A stretch of DNA of 64,000 nt from Clostridiales bacterium DTU032 (GTDB taxonomy: Bacteria; Bacillota; Clostridia; Saccharofermentanales; DTU023). A program made the translations under genes and the position numbers. Below are positions 1 to 8,658 of this stretch, one piece after another (the first letter of the stretch is position 1; each line of letters begins with the position of its first letter). The stretch is from assembly GCA_001512745.1 (NCBI GenBank), contig LFSM01000075.1, positions 80,637 to 144,636 on the forward strand, read 5' to 3'. The notes under the pieces were generated by a model that was not told where the DNA came from, made no database searches, and saw only the letters and a program-made list of their open reading frames with translations.

Positions 1-347
1 GCTTCGCGTGCTGCATCTGCTAATGCTGCCACTCGCCCGTGATATTTATAGCCACCGCGATCAAAGATCACAGTCTTGATTTCTTGTTCAAGCGCACGTT
101 CACCGATAAGTTTGCCGACAGCTTTGGCTGCTTCAATGTTGCCGCCATGTTCAATATCCAGCACCTTATCCAGTGAAGATGCCTGCGCCAGGGTTACACC
201 ATTATCATCGTCAATCAATTGTGCGTAAATCTCCGCATTACTGCGGAAAACACAAAGTCTGGGATGTTGAGCTGTGCCATGAAGCTTGTTTCTGACACGC
301 GCATGACGACGGAGACGGCGTTGATTTCTTGATTCTTTATAACTCAT
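1..347 (-). CDS. rplR: 50S ribosomal protein L18 (uL18); C-terminal end cut by window edge
   Basis: Manual reverse-strand translation from ATG at 345-347 gives [37 protein letters not shown]...[22 protein letters not shown]. This is an L18 pattern in the spc-operon position after rplF. It is absent from the ORF track because it runs off the window. Confidence 0.93.
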   Translation of the reverse strand, partial: MSYKESRNQRRLRRHARVRNKLHGTAQHPRLCVFRSNAEIYAQLIDDDNGVTLAQASSLDKVLDIEHGGNIEAAKAVGKLIGERALEQEIKTVIFDRGGYKYHGRVAALADAARE

Positions 348-359
348 AACTTTCGCTCC

Positions 360-899
360 TTACTTTGCGCCTGTTTTGCCGACTTTGAGTCGCAGGATTT
401 CGCCTTCATATCTGATGCCTTTTCCTTTATAAGCATCGGGCAGACGGACGGCACGGATCTTGGCAGCCATCTCTCCGACTAATTGCTTATCATATCCACT
501 AACCGATATTTTGTTGTTAGAGGGAACATCAAATGTGATACCTTCAGGTTCATCAATACGGACCTGATGCGAATAACCGACGTTCAATACTAAAGTCGAG
601 CCTTCTTTGGCGGCATTATAGCCAACACCTGTGATTTCAAGGTTCTTCTTAAATCCCTGTTCCAGGCCGATTATCATATTATTAATTAAACTGCGGGTCA
701 GACCGTGCATAGAGCGGCCGAAGCGATCGTCTTTCAAACGTTCAACTGTCAGCACACCGTCATCCACACTGACTTTGACCAGCGGTGAAATGGTCTGTGT
801 TAGCGATTGATTACCTTTTTTAACTGTGACGACATCATCCGCAATGGTGACATCCACACCGGCAGGTATTTCAATCGGCATTTTTCCTATTCTAGACAT
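360..899 (-). CDS. rplF: 50S ribosomal protein L6 (uL6)
   Basis: 179 aa starting MSRIGKMPIEIPAGVDV, a canonical L6 N-terminus, in operon order. Confidence 0.97.
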   Translation of the reverse strand: MSRIGKMPIEIPAGVDVTIADDVVTVKKGNQSLTQTISPLVKVSVDDGVLTVERLKDDRFGRSMHGLTRSLINNMIIGLEQGFKKNLEITGVGYNAAKEGSTLVLNVGYSHQVRIDEPEGITFDVPSNNKISVSGYDKQLVGEMAAKIRAVRLPDAYKGKGIRYEGEILRLKVGKTGAK

Positions 900-990
900 A
901 CTTTCCTCCTGCTCTTAAGATTGGGGGTCTTTGACCCTTTTCAGAGTGTTATTCTGAACTCCTTCACGGAGTTATCAAAGCTAACCGGCT

Positions 991-1386
991 TTACCAAACG
1001 TAAGCCAGAACTTCACCGCCAATACCGGCGCGACGGGCATTGCGATCAGTCATAACACCCTGAGAGGTGGAAATGACTGCAATACCTAAACCGTTTTGAA
1101 CTCGCGGCAGATTGGCTGCATCAGCATACACGCGCAGTCCGGGTTTCGAAATGCGTCGTATACCCATGATAACGGGCTTTGAGCCATGATAACGCAAAGT
1201 TGTCGTTAAAACTCCCTGCACGTTATCGGCCTTATATTCGACTTTCTCTATATATCCCTCTTCAACCAAAATGTCAGCTATCGCTTTCTTCAGTTTGGAT
1301 GCAGGAATATCACAGGACTTATGACCAGCACGACCGGCGTTGCGGATGCGTGTCAACATATCAGCTACAGTATCAGTACTTTGCAT
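991..1386 (-). CDS. rpsH: 30S ribosomal protein S8 (uS8)
   Basis: 131 aa starting [17 protein letters not shown], in operon order. Confidence 0.97.
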   Translation of the reverse strand: MQSTDTVADMLTRIRNAGRAGHKSCDIPASKLKKAIADILVEEGYIEKVEYKADNVQGVLTTTLRYHGSKPVIMGIRRISKPGLRVYADAANLPRVQNGLGIAVISTSQGVMTDRNARRAGIGGEVLAYVW

Positions 1387-1400
1387 AGACTTACTCCTCC

Positions 1401-1586
1401 TTACCAGCTGGCTTTGCGCACACCGGGAACCTGGCCCTTATAAGCCAGTTCACGGAAGCAAATGCGGCAGACACCAAATTTTCTCATGTAGGCACGAGGG
1501 CGTCCGCAAAGCTGACAGCGATTGTGTTCACGAGTACTGTATTTTTGCGGCTTTTGAGCTCTAACTATTTGTGATTTTTTCGCCAT
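1401..1586 (-). CDS. rpsN: 30S ribosomal protein S14, type Z (zinc-ribbon form)
   Basis: 61 aa. [23 protein letters not shown] carries the CxxC...CxxC motif of short type-Z S14. Confidence 0.96.
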   Translation of the reverse strand: MAKKSQIVRAQKPQKYSTREHNRCQLCGRPRAYMRKFGVCRICFRELAYKGQVPGVRKASW

Positions 1587-1599
1587 ATCTTAATCTCTC

Positions 1600-2139
1600 C
1601 TATTTGCGGAACGGCATGCCTAATGCTTCAAGCAAGGCTTTGCCTTCTTCATCAGTTTCGGCCGTTGTAACAATAACAATGTCCAAACCTCTGATCTTAT
1701 CAATACTGTCGTAATCTATCTCGGGGAAGATCAACTGCTCACGTGCGCCCAGGGTAAAATTACCATGGCCGTCAAATGAGTTCGGGTTGATCCCGCGGAA
1801 GTCACGGACTCTTGGCAGAGCTACGCTAATGAGCTTATCAAAGAAGTAGTACATACGGTCTCCGCGCAAAGTTACTTTGGCACCGATAGGCATACCGGCA
1901 CGCAACTTAAAGTTTGCGATGGATTTCCTAGCATAGGTTACTACTGCTTTCTGACCTGCTATTGTTGTCAAATCTTCAATAGCATTGTCGATAGCTTTAG
2001 AGTCTTCTTTAGCATCACCAACACCCATATTCAGGACGATTTTGCTTAGCTTGGGCACTTGCATGACCGAGCTATAATCGAAATTCTTCATAAGTGCCGG
2101 AGTGATTTCTTCTATATATCTTTCTTGTACTCTATTCAT
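1600..2139 (-). CDS. rplE: 50S ribosomal protein L5 (uL5)
   Basis: 179 aa with a typical L5 sequence ([15 protein letters not shown]), in operon order. Confidence 0.97.
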   Translation of the reverse strand: MNRVQERYIEEITPALMKNFDYSSVMQVPKLSKIVLNMGVGDAKEDSKAIDNAIEDLTTIAGQKAVVTYARKSIANFKLRAGMPIGAKVTLRGDRMYYFFDKLISVALPRVRDFRGINPNSFDGHGNFTLGAREQLIFPEIDYDSIDKIRGLDIVIVTTAETDEEGKALLEALGMPFRK

Positions 2140-2147
2140 AGCTCACC

Positions 2148-2492
2148 TTATTTCTTAGCCGAACGGATGACAGAAATCTGTTCTCCGCATGATTTGCAAA
2201 AACGGACTTTATCACCATTGTCAAGGAATCTGACTCCGGTCTTTGAAGGACGCTTACACTCACTGCAAACCAGCATCACATTGGAAGCATGAATCGGAAG
2301 TTCCTGATTAATAAGTCCGCCCTGCTGTGTGCTGCTTCGGGGTTTTACATGACGTGTGCCCATATTGACACCCTCAACCAGGATCCGTCCGCTGGCAGGA
2401 TATACCGCAATTACCTTGCCTGATTTTCCTGCATCTTTACCGGTCAGCACATAAACACGGTCGTTAGTTTTTACATGAACTTTATTAGCCAT
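2148..2492 (-). CDS. rplX: 50S ribosomal protein L24 (uL24)
   Basis: 114 aa with the KOW region VYVLTGKDAGKSGKV, in operon order. Confidence 0.96.
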   Translation of the reverse strand: MANKVHVKTNDRVYVLTGKDAGKSGKVIAVYPASGRILVEGVNMGTRHVKPRSSTQQGGLINQELPIHASNVMLVCSECKRPSKTGVRFLDNGDKVRFCKSCGEQISVIRSAKK

Positions 2493-2501
2493 CTTGCCCT
2501 C

Positions 2502-2870
2502 CTATAAAACTTCCGGGGCGAGAGACAGAATCTTCATATACTTCTTAGCTCTCAGCTCGCGGGCGATCGGTCCGAAGATACGTGTTCCCTGTGGGTTGCC
2601 GTCATCCTTCAAAATAACCGCTGCATTTTCATCAAAGCGAATTACTGAACCATCGTTGCGTCTTACTCCGGATTTGGAACGGACAACTACTGCTTTGACT
2701 ACATCGCCCTTCTTAACTACCCCACCCGGAATAGCTTCTTTAACAGAGCAGACAATCACATCACCAACATTTGCGTAGCGTCTGCCGCTGCCTCCCAATA
2801 CTTTTATACACATCAGGCTTCTGGCGCCGGTATTATCAGCGGACTTCAGCCTACTTTGTACTTGAATCAT
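2502..2870 (-). CDS. rplN: 50S ribosomal protein L14 (uL14)
   Basis: 122 aa starting [17 protein letters not shown]. Confidence 0.97.
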   Translation of the reverse strand: MIQVQSRLKSADNTGARSLMCIKVLGGSGRRYANVGDVIVCSVKEAIPGGVVKKGDVVKAVVVRSKSGVRRNDGSVIRFDENAAVILKDDGNPQGTRIFGPIARELRAKKYMKILSLAPEVL

Positions 2871-2893
2871 AATCTTAGTCCTCCAACACGCTC

Positions 2894-3151
2894 TTACTTG
2901 GCTTTCTCAATGATTTCGACTAGGCGCCAGCGCTTACTTTTTGAGAGCGGACGAGTTTCCATAACACGTACACGATCACCTATCTGGCACTCATTGTTTT
3001 CATCATGAGCTTTGAGCTTGTAAGACTGCTTCGAATATTTCTTATAAAGAGGGTGGCGCACATGCTGGGTAACTTCGACAGTAATTGTCTTATCCATCTT
3101 GTCGCTGACCACTACGCCTTCTCTTTGTTTGCGATCATTGCGCTCACTCAT
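2894..3151 (-). CDS. rpsQ: 30S ribosomal protein S17 (uS17)
   Basis: 85 aa containing [16 protein letters not shown]. Its start shares a 4-nt ATGA overlap with the rpmC stop. Confidence 0.96.
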   Translation of the reverse strand: MSERNDRKQREGVVVSDKMDKTITVEVTQHVRHPLYKKYSKQSYKLKAHDENNECQIGDRVRVMETRPLSKSKRWRLVEIIEKAK

Positions 3152-3357
3152 GCTTTAATCCCTCCATCACTAAGTTCCTGCTGGCGCATTACGGTTTTAA
3201 CCCGGGCGATATCACGCTTTACATACTTCAACTGCAAAGGATTTGCCAGCTGATTGGTAGCATGCTGAAAGCGCAATTTAAACAACTCTTCTTTGAGTTC
3301 ATTTAATTCTTCTTCAAGCTCAGTTTGGCTCTTTTTTCTTAAATCAGTTGCCTTCAT
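3148..3357 (-). CDS. rpmC: 50S ribosomal protein L29 (uL29)
   Basis: 69 aa starting [31 protein letters not shown]. Confidence 0.95.
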   Translation of the reverse strand: MKATDLRKKSQTELEEELNELKEELFKLRFQHATNQLANPLQLKYVKRDIARVKTVMRQQELSDGGIKA

Positions 3358-3931
3358 CTGCTTCTACCTCCCCGCCTTCATCAACGTCAGCGCCGCCTTC
3401 GGCATCAACAGCATTTTCATCAAGAATGCCTGACTCCTCCAGTTCACCCTCAGTCATCATTTCCTCAGGAATATCCAGTACCTGAACTTCAGCAAATTTG
3501 GCGATTTCCTCTTCACTGAATTTGCGTTCACTTTCAACAAACTTAGTCTTGCAAGGCAGTTTATGTGATGCCAGGCGCAAGGCTTCGCGAGCGTTGGCTT
3601 CAGTGATACCGGCTACTTCAAATAGCACGCGACCGGGTTTAACGACAGCAACCCAATACTCCGGAGAACCCTTACCTTTACCCATGCGGGTTTCTGCAGG
3701 TTTAGCCGTGACAGGCTTATCCGGAAATATCTTGATCCACACGGTACCGCCACGACGGAAATAACGGTTGATAGCAATACGTGCAGCTTCAATCTGGTTT
3801 CCGGTAATCCAGCACGGTTCAGTTGCCACCAGGCCATACTGTCCGTAACTAACTTTGTTGCCGCGGGTTGCTTTGCCCTTCATGCGGCCGCGATGTTGTT
3901 TTCTATATTTTGTACGCTTAGGCATTAACAT
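3344..3931 (-). CDS. rplP: 50S ribosomal protein L16 (uL16) with about 60-aa acidic C-terminal extension
   Basis: 195 aa starting [19 protein letters not shown]. The L16 core runs to about aa 135 ([10 protein letters not shown]) and is followed by a D/E-rich tail. The gene overlaps rpsC and rpmC by 14 nt each. Confidence 0.95.
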   Translation of the reverse strand: MLMPKRTKYRKQHRGRMKGKATRGNKVSYGQYGLVATEPCWITGNQIEAARIAINRYFRRGGTVWIKIFPDKPVTAKPAETRMGKGKGSPEYWVAVVKPGRVLFEVAGITEANAREALRLASHKLPCKTKFVESERKFSEEEIAKFAEVQVLDIPEEMMTEGELEESGILDENAVDAEGGADVDEGGEVEADEGN

Positions 3932-4601
3932 CGGGTGTACCTCCTTCTTGAGCTGCTTGTGTCTTCTTCACCGGAAGGACCTCACCCTTGTAAATCCACA
4001 CTTTTACACCGATCAGGCCGTAAGCAGTGTTAGCCTCTGCAAAACCGTAATCGATGTCGGCGCGCAGAGTATGCAGGGGGATTGTACCTTCATGGTACTG
4101 TTCGGAACGGGCAATTTCAGCTCCGCCCAGACGACCGGATACCATGGTTTTAATACCTTTGGCACCGTTCTTAGTGGCGCGGCCCATAGCTTGCTTCATG
4201 GCACGTCTGAATGAAGTTCTTGCTTCAAGTTGACGGGCAATGCCTTCAGCCACTAACTGAGCTTCGACGTCTACATTTCGGACTTCTTTTACGTTTATGT
4301 AGAATTCACTGCCGAACTGCTTTGTCAGTTTTTTCTTTAATTTTTCAATTTCAGCGCCCTGGCGACCAATAATTATGCCAGGTTTCCCTGTAGTAATAGT
4401 AACCACAGTCTTGTCATCACCTTCACGTTCAATCTCGATCCGGGAAACTCCGGCGCGTGAGGTCTCAGCAAACACTAAATCACGAATCTTTTTATCTTCA
4501 ACCAGGTAACGGGAAAAGTTCTTTTTATCCGCATACCAGCGTGAATCCCAGTCTTTAATAACTCCTACACGTAAACCATGTGGATTAACTTTCTGGCCCA
4601 T
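3918..4601 (-). CDS. rpsC: 30S ribosomal protein S3 (uS3)
   Basis: 227 aa starting [24 protein letters not shown]. Confidence 0.97.
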   Translation of the reverse strand: MGQKVNPHGLRVGVIKDWDSRWYADKKNFSRYLVEDKKIRDLVFAETSRAGVSRIEIEREGDDKTVVTITTGKPGIIIGRQGAEIEKLKKKLTKQFGSEFYINVKEVRNVDVEAQLVAEGIARQLEARTSFRRAMKQAMGRATKNGAKGIKTMVSGRLGGAEIARSEQYHEGTIPLHTLRADIDYGFAEANTAYGLIGVKVWIYKGEVLPVKKTQAAQEGGTPDVNA

Positions 4602-4602
4602 A

Positions 4603-5088
4603 CTATGCCTCCTCCTCGCTTTCTCTCAGAACAACGTTAATGTGACTGCTGCGTTTCAAAATCCAGGAAGCAGCGCCTTTGGCACGTGGACGGATCCGCT
4701 TCATAGTTGGACCTTCTGTCGCATTGATCTCTGCAACATATAAACGCTCAGGATTCAAACCGTTGTTATTGACAGCGTTGGCTGCGGCTGAATCAAGCAG
4801 CTTTTTAATAGGCTGGGCCGCAGCATTTGAGGAGTATTCCACTATGGCCAGGGCATCCTGCAACGATTTGCCGCGGATAAGACCGGTGAGTAGATTTACC
4901 TTCTTTGAATTCATGCGCAAATGTCGAACTGTAGCGCGACCTTCATCGCGGCCAATACCCAGATACTTGCGTTCTTTTTTGCTTAAGGACGCTGTTTTCT
5001 GGTTGCGTCTGGTCTCTGCTTTATGTGCAGCTATGAGTTCTTCACGGCGCTCTTCTAATTCAACTTTACTCATTACTTTTCTTGACAT
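4603..5088 (-). CDS. rplV: 50S ribosomal protein L22 (uL22) with about 48-aa N-terminal extension
   Basis: 161 aa. The L22 core starts near [24 protein letters not shown]. The ATG is preceded by a strong RBS (GAGGAGGGAG, 7-nt spacer), which supports the long form. Confidence 0.93.
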   Translation of the reverse strand: MSRKVMSKVELEERREELIAAHKAETRRNQKTASLSKKERKYLGIGRDEGRATVRHLRMNSKKVNLLTGLIRGKSLQDALAIVEYSSNAAAQPIKKLLDSAAANAVNNNGLNPERLYVAEINATEGPTMKRIRPRAKGAASWILKRSSHINVVLRESEEEA

Positions 5089-5112
5089 ATATATTCTCCC
5101 TCCTCACTGCGA

Positions 5113-5394
5113 TCAGCGAACAATTGCGCGTCGTTCAGACGATGCATGTCCTCTGAAGGTTCGCGTGGGAGCGAACTCACCTAATTTATGACCGACCATT
5201 TCTTCAGTAATATAGATCGGCACATGTTTCCTGCCATCATGAACTGCTATTGTGTGGCCAACCATCTCAGGGAAGATCGTGGAGGCTCTGGACCATGTTC
5301 TTATGACACGATGCTCATTCTTTTCGTTCATTGCTTCTATTCGCTTCATCAGTGCTTCTTCAACATAGAAGCCCTTCTTTGTAGAACGACTCAT
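5113..5394 (-). CDS. rpsS: 30S ribosomal protein S19 (uS19)
   Basis: 93 aa starting [19 protein letters not shown] and containing [16 protein letters not shown]. Confidence 0.97.
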   Translation of the reverse strand: MSRSTKKGFYVEEALMKRIEAMNEKNEHRVIRTWSRASTIFPEMVGHTIAVHDGRKHVPIYITEEMVGHKLGEFAPTRTFRGHASSERRAIVR

Positions 5395-5406
5395 TCTTTA
5401 TCCTCC

Positions 5407-6240
5407 TTACTTCTTACGTCTTCTTCTGACGATCATCTCATTGGATTTCTTATTACGTTTACGCGTCTTGTAACCACGGGTTGGCTTACCCCAGGGAGTG
5501 ACAGGGCTAGGCATACCGATAGGAGCCTTGCCTTCGCCACCGCCATGCGGGTGATCAACCGGGTTCATGACTGAACCGCGAACATGAGGCCTTCTGCCCA
5601 TGTGACGTTTACGTCCTGCTTTTCCGATAGTAACAATGCTGTTTTCAAAATTACTGACGGTACCGATTGTTGCGCGGCATTCCTGTGGAACCAGGCGTAC
5701 TTCAGTAGAAGGCAAACGCAAAGTAGCATAACGGCCTTCTTTAGCAAGCAGCTGCGCAGATGATCCTGCAGAGCGAACAAGTTGTCCGCCTTTGCCGGGA
5801 TGCATTTCAATATTATGAATCTGCGTTCCTACGGGAATTGAACTTAAAGGCAGAGTATTTCCCAGAGCAATTTCCACTTCCTGGCCTGACATAACAGTGT
5901 CGCCGACCTTGAGCCCGTTGGGAGCTAAAATGTAAGACTTCTCACCATCTTCGTAATAGAGCAAAGCAATAAATGCTGTACGGTTGGGGTCATACTCAAT
6001 AGCCTTTACACGTGCCGGGATATCATCCTTGGTACGCTTCCAGTCAATTTGTCTGTATTTTCTGCGGTTTCCGCCACCACGATGACGAACCGTAATTCTG
6101 CCGTAGTTGTTTCGACCACTGGACTTCTGCTGAGCTTGAAGCAAACTTTTCTCCGGAGCTTTATTTTCTGTTAAATCAGAATAATCAACTCTGGTCATCT
6201 GCCTTCTCGCGGGGGAAGTCGGTCTATAACTTTTTGCCAT
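5407..6240 (-). CDS. rplB: 50S ribosomal protein L2 (uL2)
   Basis: 277 aa containing the L2 motif [16 protein letters not shown]. Confidence 0.97.
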   Translation of the reverse strand: MAKSYRPTSPARRQMTRVDYSDLTENKAPEKSLLQAQQKSSGRNNYGRITVRHRGGGNRRKYRQIDWKRTKDDIPARVKAIEYDPNRTAFIALLYYEDGEKSYILAPNGLKVGDTVMSGQEVEIALGNTLPLSSIPVGTQIHNIEMHPGKGGQLVRSAGSSAQLLAKEGRYATLRLPSTEVRLVPQECRATIGTVSNFENSIVTIGKAGRKRHMGRRPHVRGSVMNPVDHPHGGGEGKAPIGMPSPVTPWGKPTRGYKTRKRNKKSNEMIVRRRRKK

Positions 6241-6269
6241 TATAATTCTCCTTCTTTCGCTTGAACGGC

Positions 6270-6626
6270 TTATTGGCCGAAACCGAATTCTTCAATCGAA
6301 GTTTTATATTTCTTCGACCTGCTGCCTGTTTTACCGCCTGCTATCTGATATGTTTCAGCTACAGGATCAGTATCTATGGTAATAATTGCTTTTTTACGGG
6401 CTGGAGTCATACCTTTCTTGCCGGATCCGACACGACGTTCTTTGCCGCGCAGATTAACTGTATTGACTCCTGTAACCTTGACTTCAAAAAGCACTTCAAC
6501 TGCTTGTCTTATTTCGGTCTTGCTGGCCCGGCGGTCAACTTCAAAAGTATATTTGCCGTAGGCAGCTTCCATCATGCTATGTTCAGTGATGACGGGGCGG
6601 ATAATAATATCGTGTGGATTCTTCAT
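6270..6626 (-). CDS. rplW: 50S ribosomal protein L23 (uL23), longer than usual at the C-terminus
   Basis: 118 aa containing [32 protein letters not shown]. The rplW start overlaps the rplD stop by 4 nt. Confidence 0.94.
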   Translation of the reverse strand: MKNPHDIIIRPVITEHSMMEAAYGKYTFEVDRRASKTEIRQAVEVLFEVKVTGVNTVNLRGKERRVGSGKKGMTPARKKAIITIDTDPVAETYQIAGGKTGSRSKKYKTSIEEFGFGQ

Positions 6627-7246
6627 GATGCGTAAACCTCCTCGATTGTGACAAGAGCTTCGCGTGTAACGATAAGCAAATCGGAATTCAGAAGATCGAG
6701 CACGGAAAAGGCATTCACGCCCGCAGTACGGACATTAGGAATGTTACGTGCTGAACGCATTACTTCCACATTGCTGCCGCTGGTAACAATCAGTGCTGAT
6801 GAATCAACACCGACGTTTTTCAAAATCCCGACCATTTCGCGAGTTTTATGTGTTTCCATGTCCAATGAGTCCAATACCAGCAACTTTTTGTTAGCAGCCT
6901 TGTCGGACAGAAGCGAGCGCATTGCCAGGCGTCTTAATTTTTTCGGCAAACGCGTTCTGTAAGAACGTGGAGTCGGACCGAAAGTCACACCACCACCAAC
7001 AAAAATGGGTGAACGGTTGGAACCGTGACGGGCACGACCTGTTCCCTTCTGACGATAGGGTTTTCTTCCGCCGCCGCGAACCTCAGCGCGACCTTTAGCT
7101 TTGCTGGTGCCCTGCCGACGATTAGCCTGCTGAGCAAGCATCACCCGATACACGGCATCTAAATTTGGCTCGATTGCGAAGACTTCATCAGATATTTCGA
7201 GAGTATCAACAACATCGCCTTTAATATTTAATACATTTATTTGCAT
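6623..7246 (-). CDS. rplD: 50S ribosomal protein L4 (uL4)
   Basis: 207 aa containing RGGGRKPYRQKGTGRARHGS. Confidence 0.97.
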   Translation of the reverse strand: MQINVLNIKGDVVDTLEISDEVFAIEPNLDAVYRVMLAQQANRRQGTSKAKGRAEVRGGGRKPYRQKGTGRARHGSNRSPIFVGGGVTFGPTPRSYRTRLPKKLRRLAMRSLLSDKAANKKLLVLDSLDMETHKTREMVGILKNVGVDSSALIVTSGSNVEVMRSARNIPNVRTAGVNAFSVLDLLNSDLLIVTREALVTIEEVYAS

Positions 7247-7262
7247 TTATCAGTTCCTCCGT

Positions 7263-7892
7263 CTACTTTCCCTTAACGCTTGTCTTGATTTCCAGCAGAC
7301 CGCGCTTGGGACCGGGCACTGAACCGCGTACTACCAGGATATGACGCTCTCCGTCAACCTGTACTACCTGAAGGTTCTGTACTGTCACACGCTTATTGCC
7401 CATCTGACCCGGCAATCTCTTACCCTTGAAAACTTTGCCCGGAGTTGCCGATGAACCCATAGATCCTGAACCGCGATGATATTTTGAACCGTGGGACATG
7501 GGGCCTCGTGACACGCCATGGCGTTTGATGGAGCCCTGGAAGCCCTTACCTTTGGAAATACCTGAAATATCTACAAAGTCGCCTTCAGCAAACATGTCAG
7601 CAACATTAACTTCTTGCCCTGCTTCAAATTCTTCGCCTGCATCCGCAGTAAACTCACGAATATAGCGCATTGGAGCAACTTCTACTTTTGAAAACTGACC
7701 GCTGTGAGGGCGTTTTGCTTTCTTGTATTCTTCATATCCAACGCGTGTAGCTACATAGCCGTCTTTTTCTACTGTTTTATTCTGTATGACCTTGAGGGGT
7801 CCACAGGCAATGACGGTTACGGGAACGGAATCCCCTTTTTCATCAAAAACTTGTGTCATACCAGCTTTGCGGCCTAGCATGAATTTTGCCAT
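7263..7892 (-). CDS. rplC: 50S ribosomal protein L3 (uL3)
   Basis: 209 aa starting MLGRKAGMTQVFDEKG and containing FQGSIKRHG. Confidence 0.97.
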   Translation of the reverse strand: MAKFMLGRKAGMTQVFDEKGDSVPVTVIACGPLKVIQNKTVEKDGYVATRVGYEEYKKAKRPHSGQFSKVEVAPMRYIREFTADAGEEFEAGQEVNVADMFAEGDFVDISGISKGKGFQGSIKRHGVSRGPMSHGSKYHRGSGSMGSSATPGKVFKGKRLPGQMGNKRVTVQNLQVVQVDGERHILVVRGSVPGPKRGLLEIKTSVKGK

Positions 7893-7949
7893 CTTCTATT
7901 ACCTCCTGGTTATTGGTTCACATCTGCGGTGAACATTGACCAATAATTG

Positions 7950-8261
7950 TTATAGTTTTATCTCGATACTTACGCCTGCGGGCATTTCCAGTCTCATCAG
8001 AGATTCAATAGTCCGCTGTGTTGGCGTGAGAATATCTATCAGGCGCTTATGAGTACGGACCTCAAACTGCTCACGTGAATCTTTATTAACGTGGGGCGAG
8101 CGCAGAATCGTAATGATATCCTTTTCTGTCGGCAAAGGTATCGGACCTGATACACTTGCACCTGTGTTCTTAGCTGTTTCAACGATCCGTTCAGCACTCT
8201 CATCCAGAATGCGGTGGTCGAAAGCTTTCAATCGAATTCTAATCGTTTGCTTGACTGCCAT
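7950..8261 (-). CDS. rpsJ: 30S ribosomal protein S10 (uS10)
   Basis: 103 aa starting [20 protein letters not shown]. It is the first gene of the operon, with RBS AGGAGGAAAAAA upstream. Confidence 0.97.
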   Translation of the reverse strand: MAVKQTIRIRLKAFDHRILDESAERIVETAKNTGASVSGPIPLPTEKDIITILRSPHVNKDSREQFEVRTHKRLIDILTPTQRTIESLMRLEMPAGVSIEIKL

Positions 8262-8526
8262 TTTTTCCTCCTATGGCTACGTTTTAATCACTCATTTTCT
8301 GTTAATCACTATCGACTCGGGTGTGTCTAACACTTTCATGTTAAAACCCAGTCGAAGTGCTTGGCGCTTACGCTGGGTGCTAAGCTGCCGCGTGATCATC
8401 GTCCGGATCAAGCCGGACTGCTCTAACGAAGTTACCTCTCCAATCCGCAGCGAACTGAAAAGCAATCTCCGTCTTCTTCGCTAACCTGTTTATACACAGA
8501 CGCAATCGTCCATGTAAAAAGGCACA
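8262..8526 (-). promoter_or_regulatory. Long (about 265 nt) structured 5' leader of the S10 operon
   Basis: This is the non-coding stretch between the predicted promoter and the rpsJ RBS. On the - strand it contains several hairpins, for example GUCCGG-CUUGAU-CCGGAC and ACCCAG...CUGGGU enclosing GCG-UAAG-CGC. Only a spurious 61-aa ORF lies within it. Confidence 0.45.
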
Positions 8527-8532
8527 AGGGGA

Positions 8533-8561
8533 AGTATAAAGTATCAAGGGACATATTGCAA
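8533..8561 (-). promoter_or_regulatory. Sigma-A-type promoter of the S10 operon
   Basis: On the - strand: TTGCAA (8561-8556), a 17-nt spacer, then TATACT (8538-8533). Match to consensus and spacing are both good. Confidence 0.6.
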
Positions 8562-8658
8562 GCATTTTTTCAAAAACTTGGAAAAAGCTTGGAAATAACA
8601 GGCTATACTCTCTTTTTCACCTTAATCATTGTCAATAATAGAGAGATAAGTCCATAAT

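Noticed and set aside
8380-8565. 61-aa ORF inside the S10 operon leader and promoter.
   Set aside because: It spans the predicted -10/-35 elements, has no RBS and has an implausible composition. The region is better explained as promoter plus structured leader.
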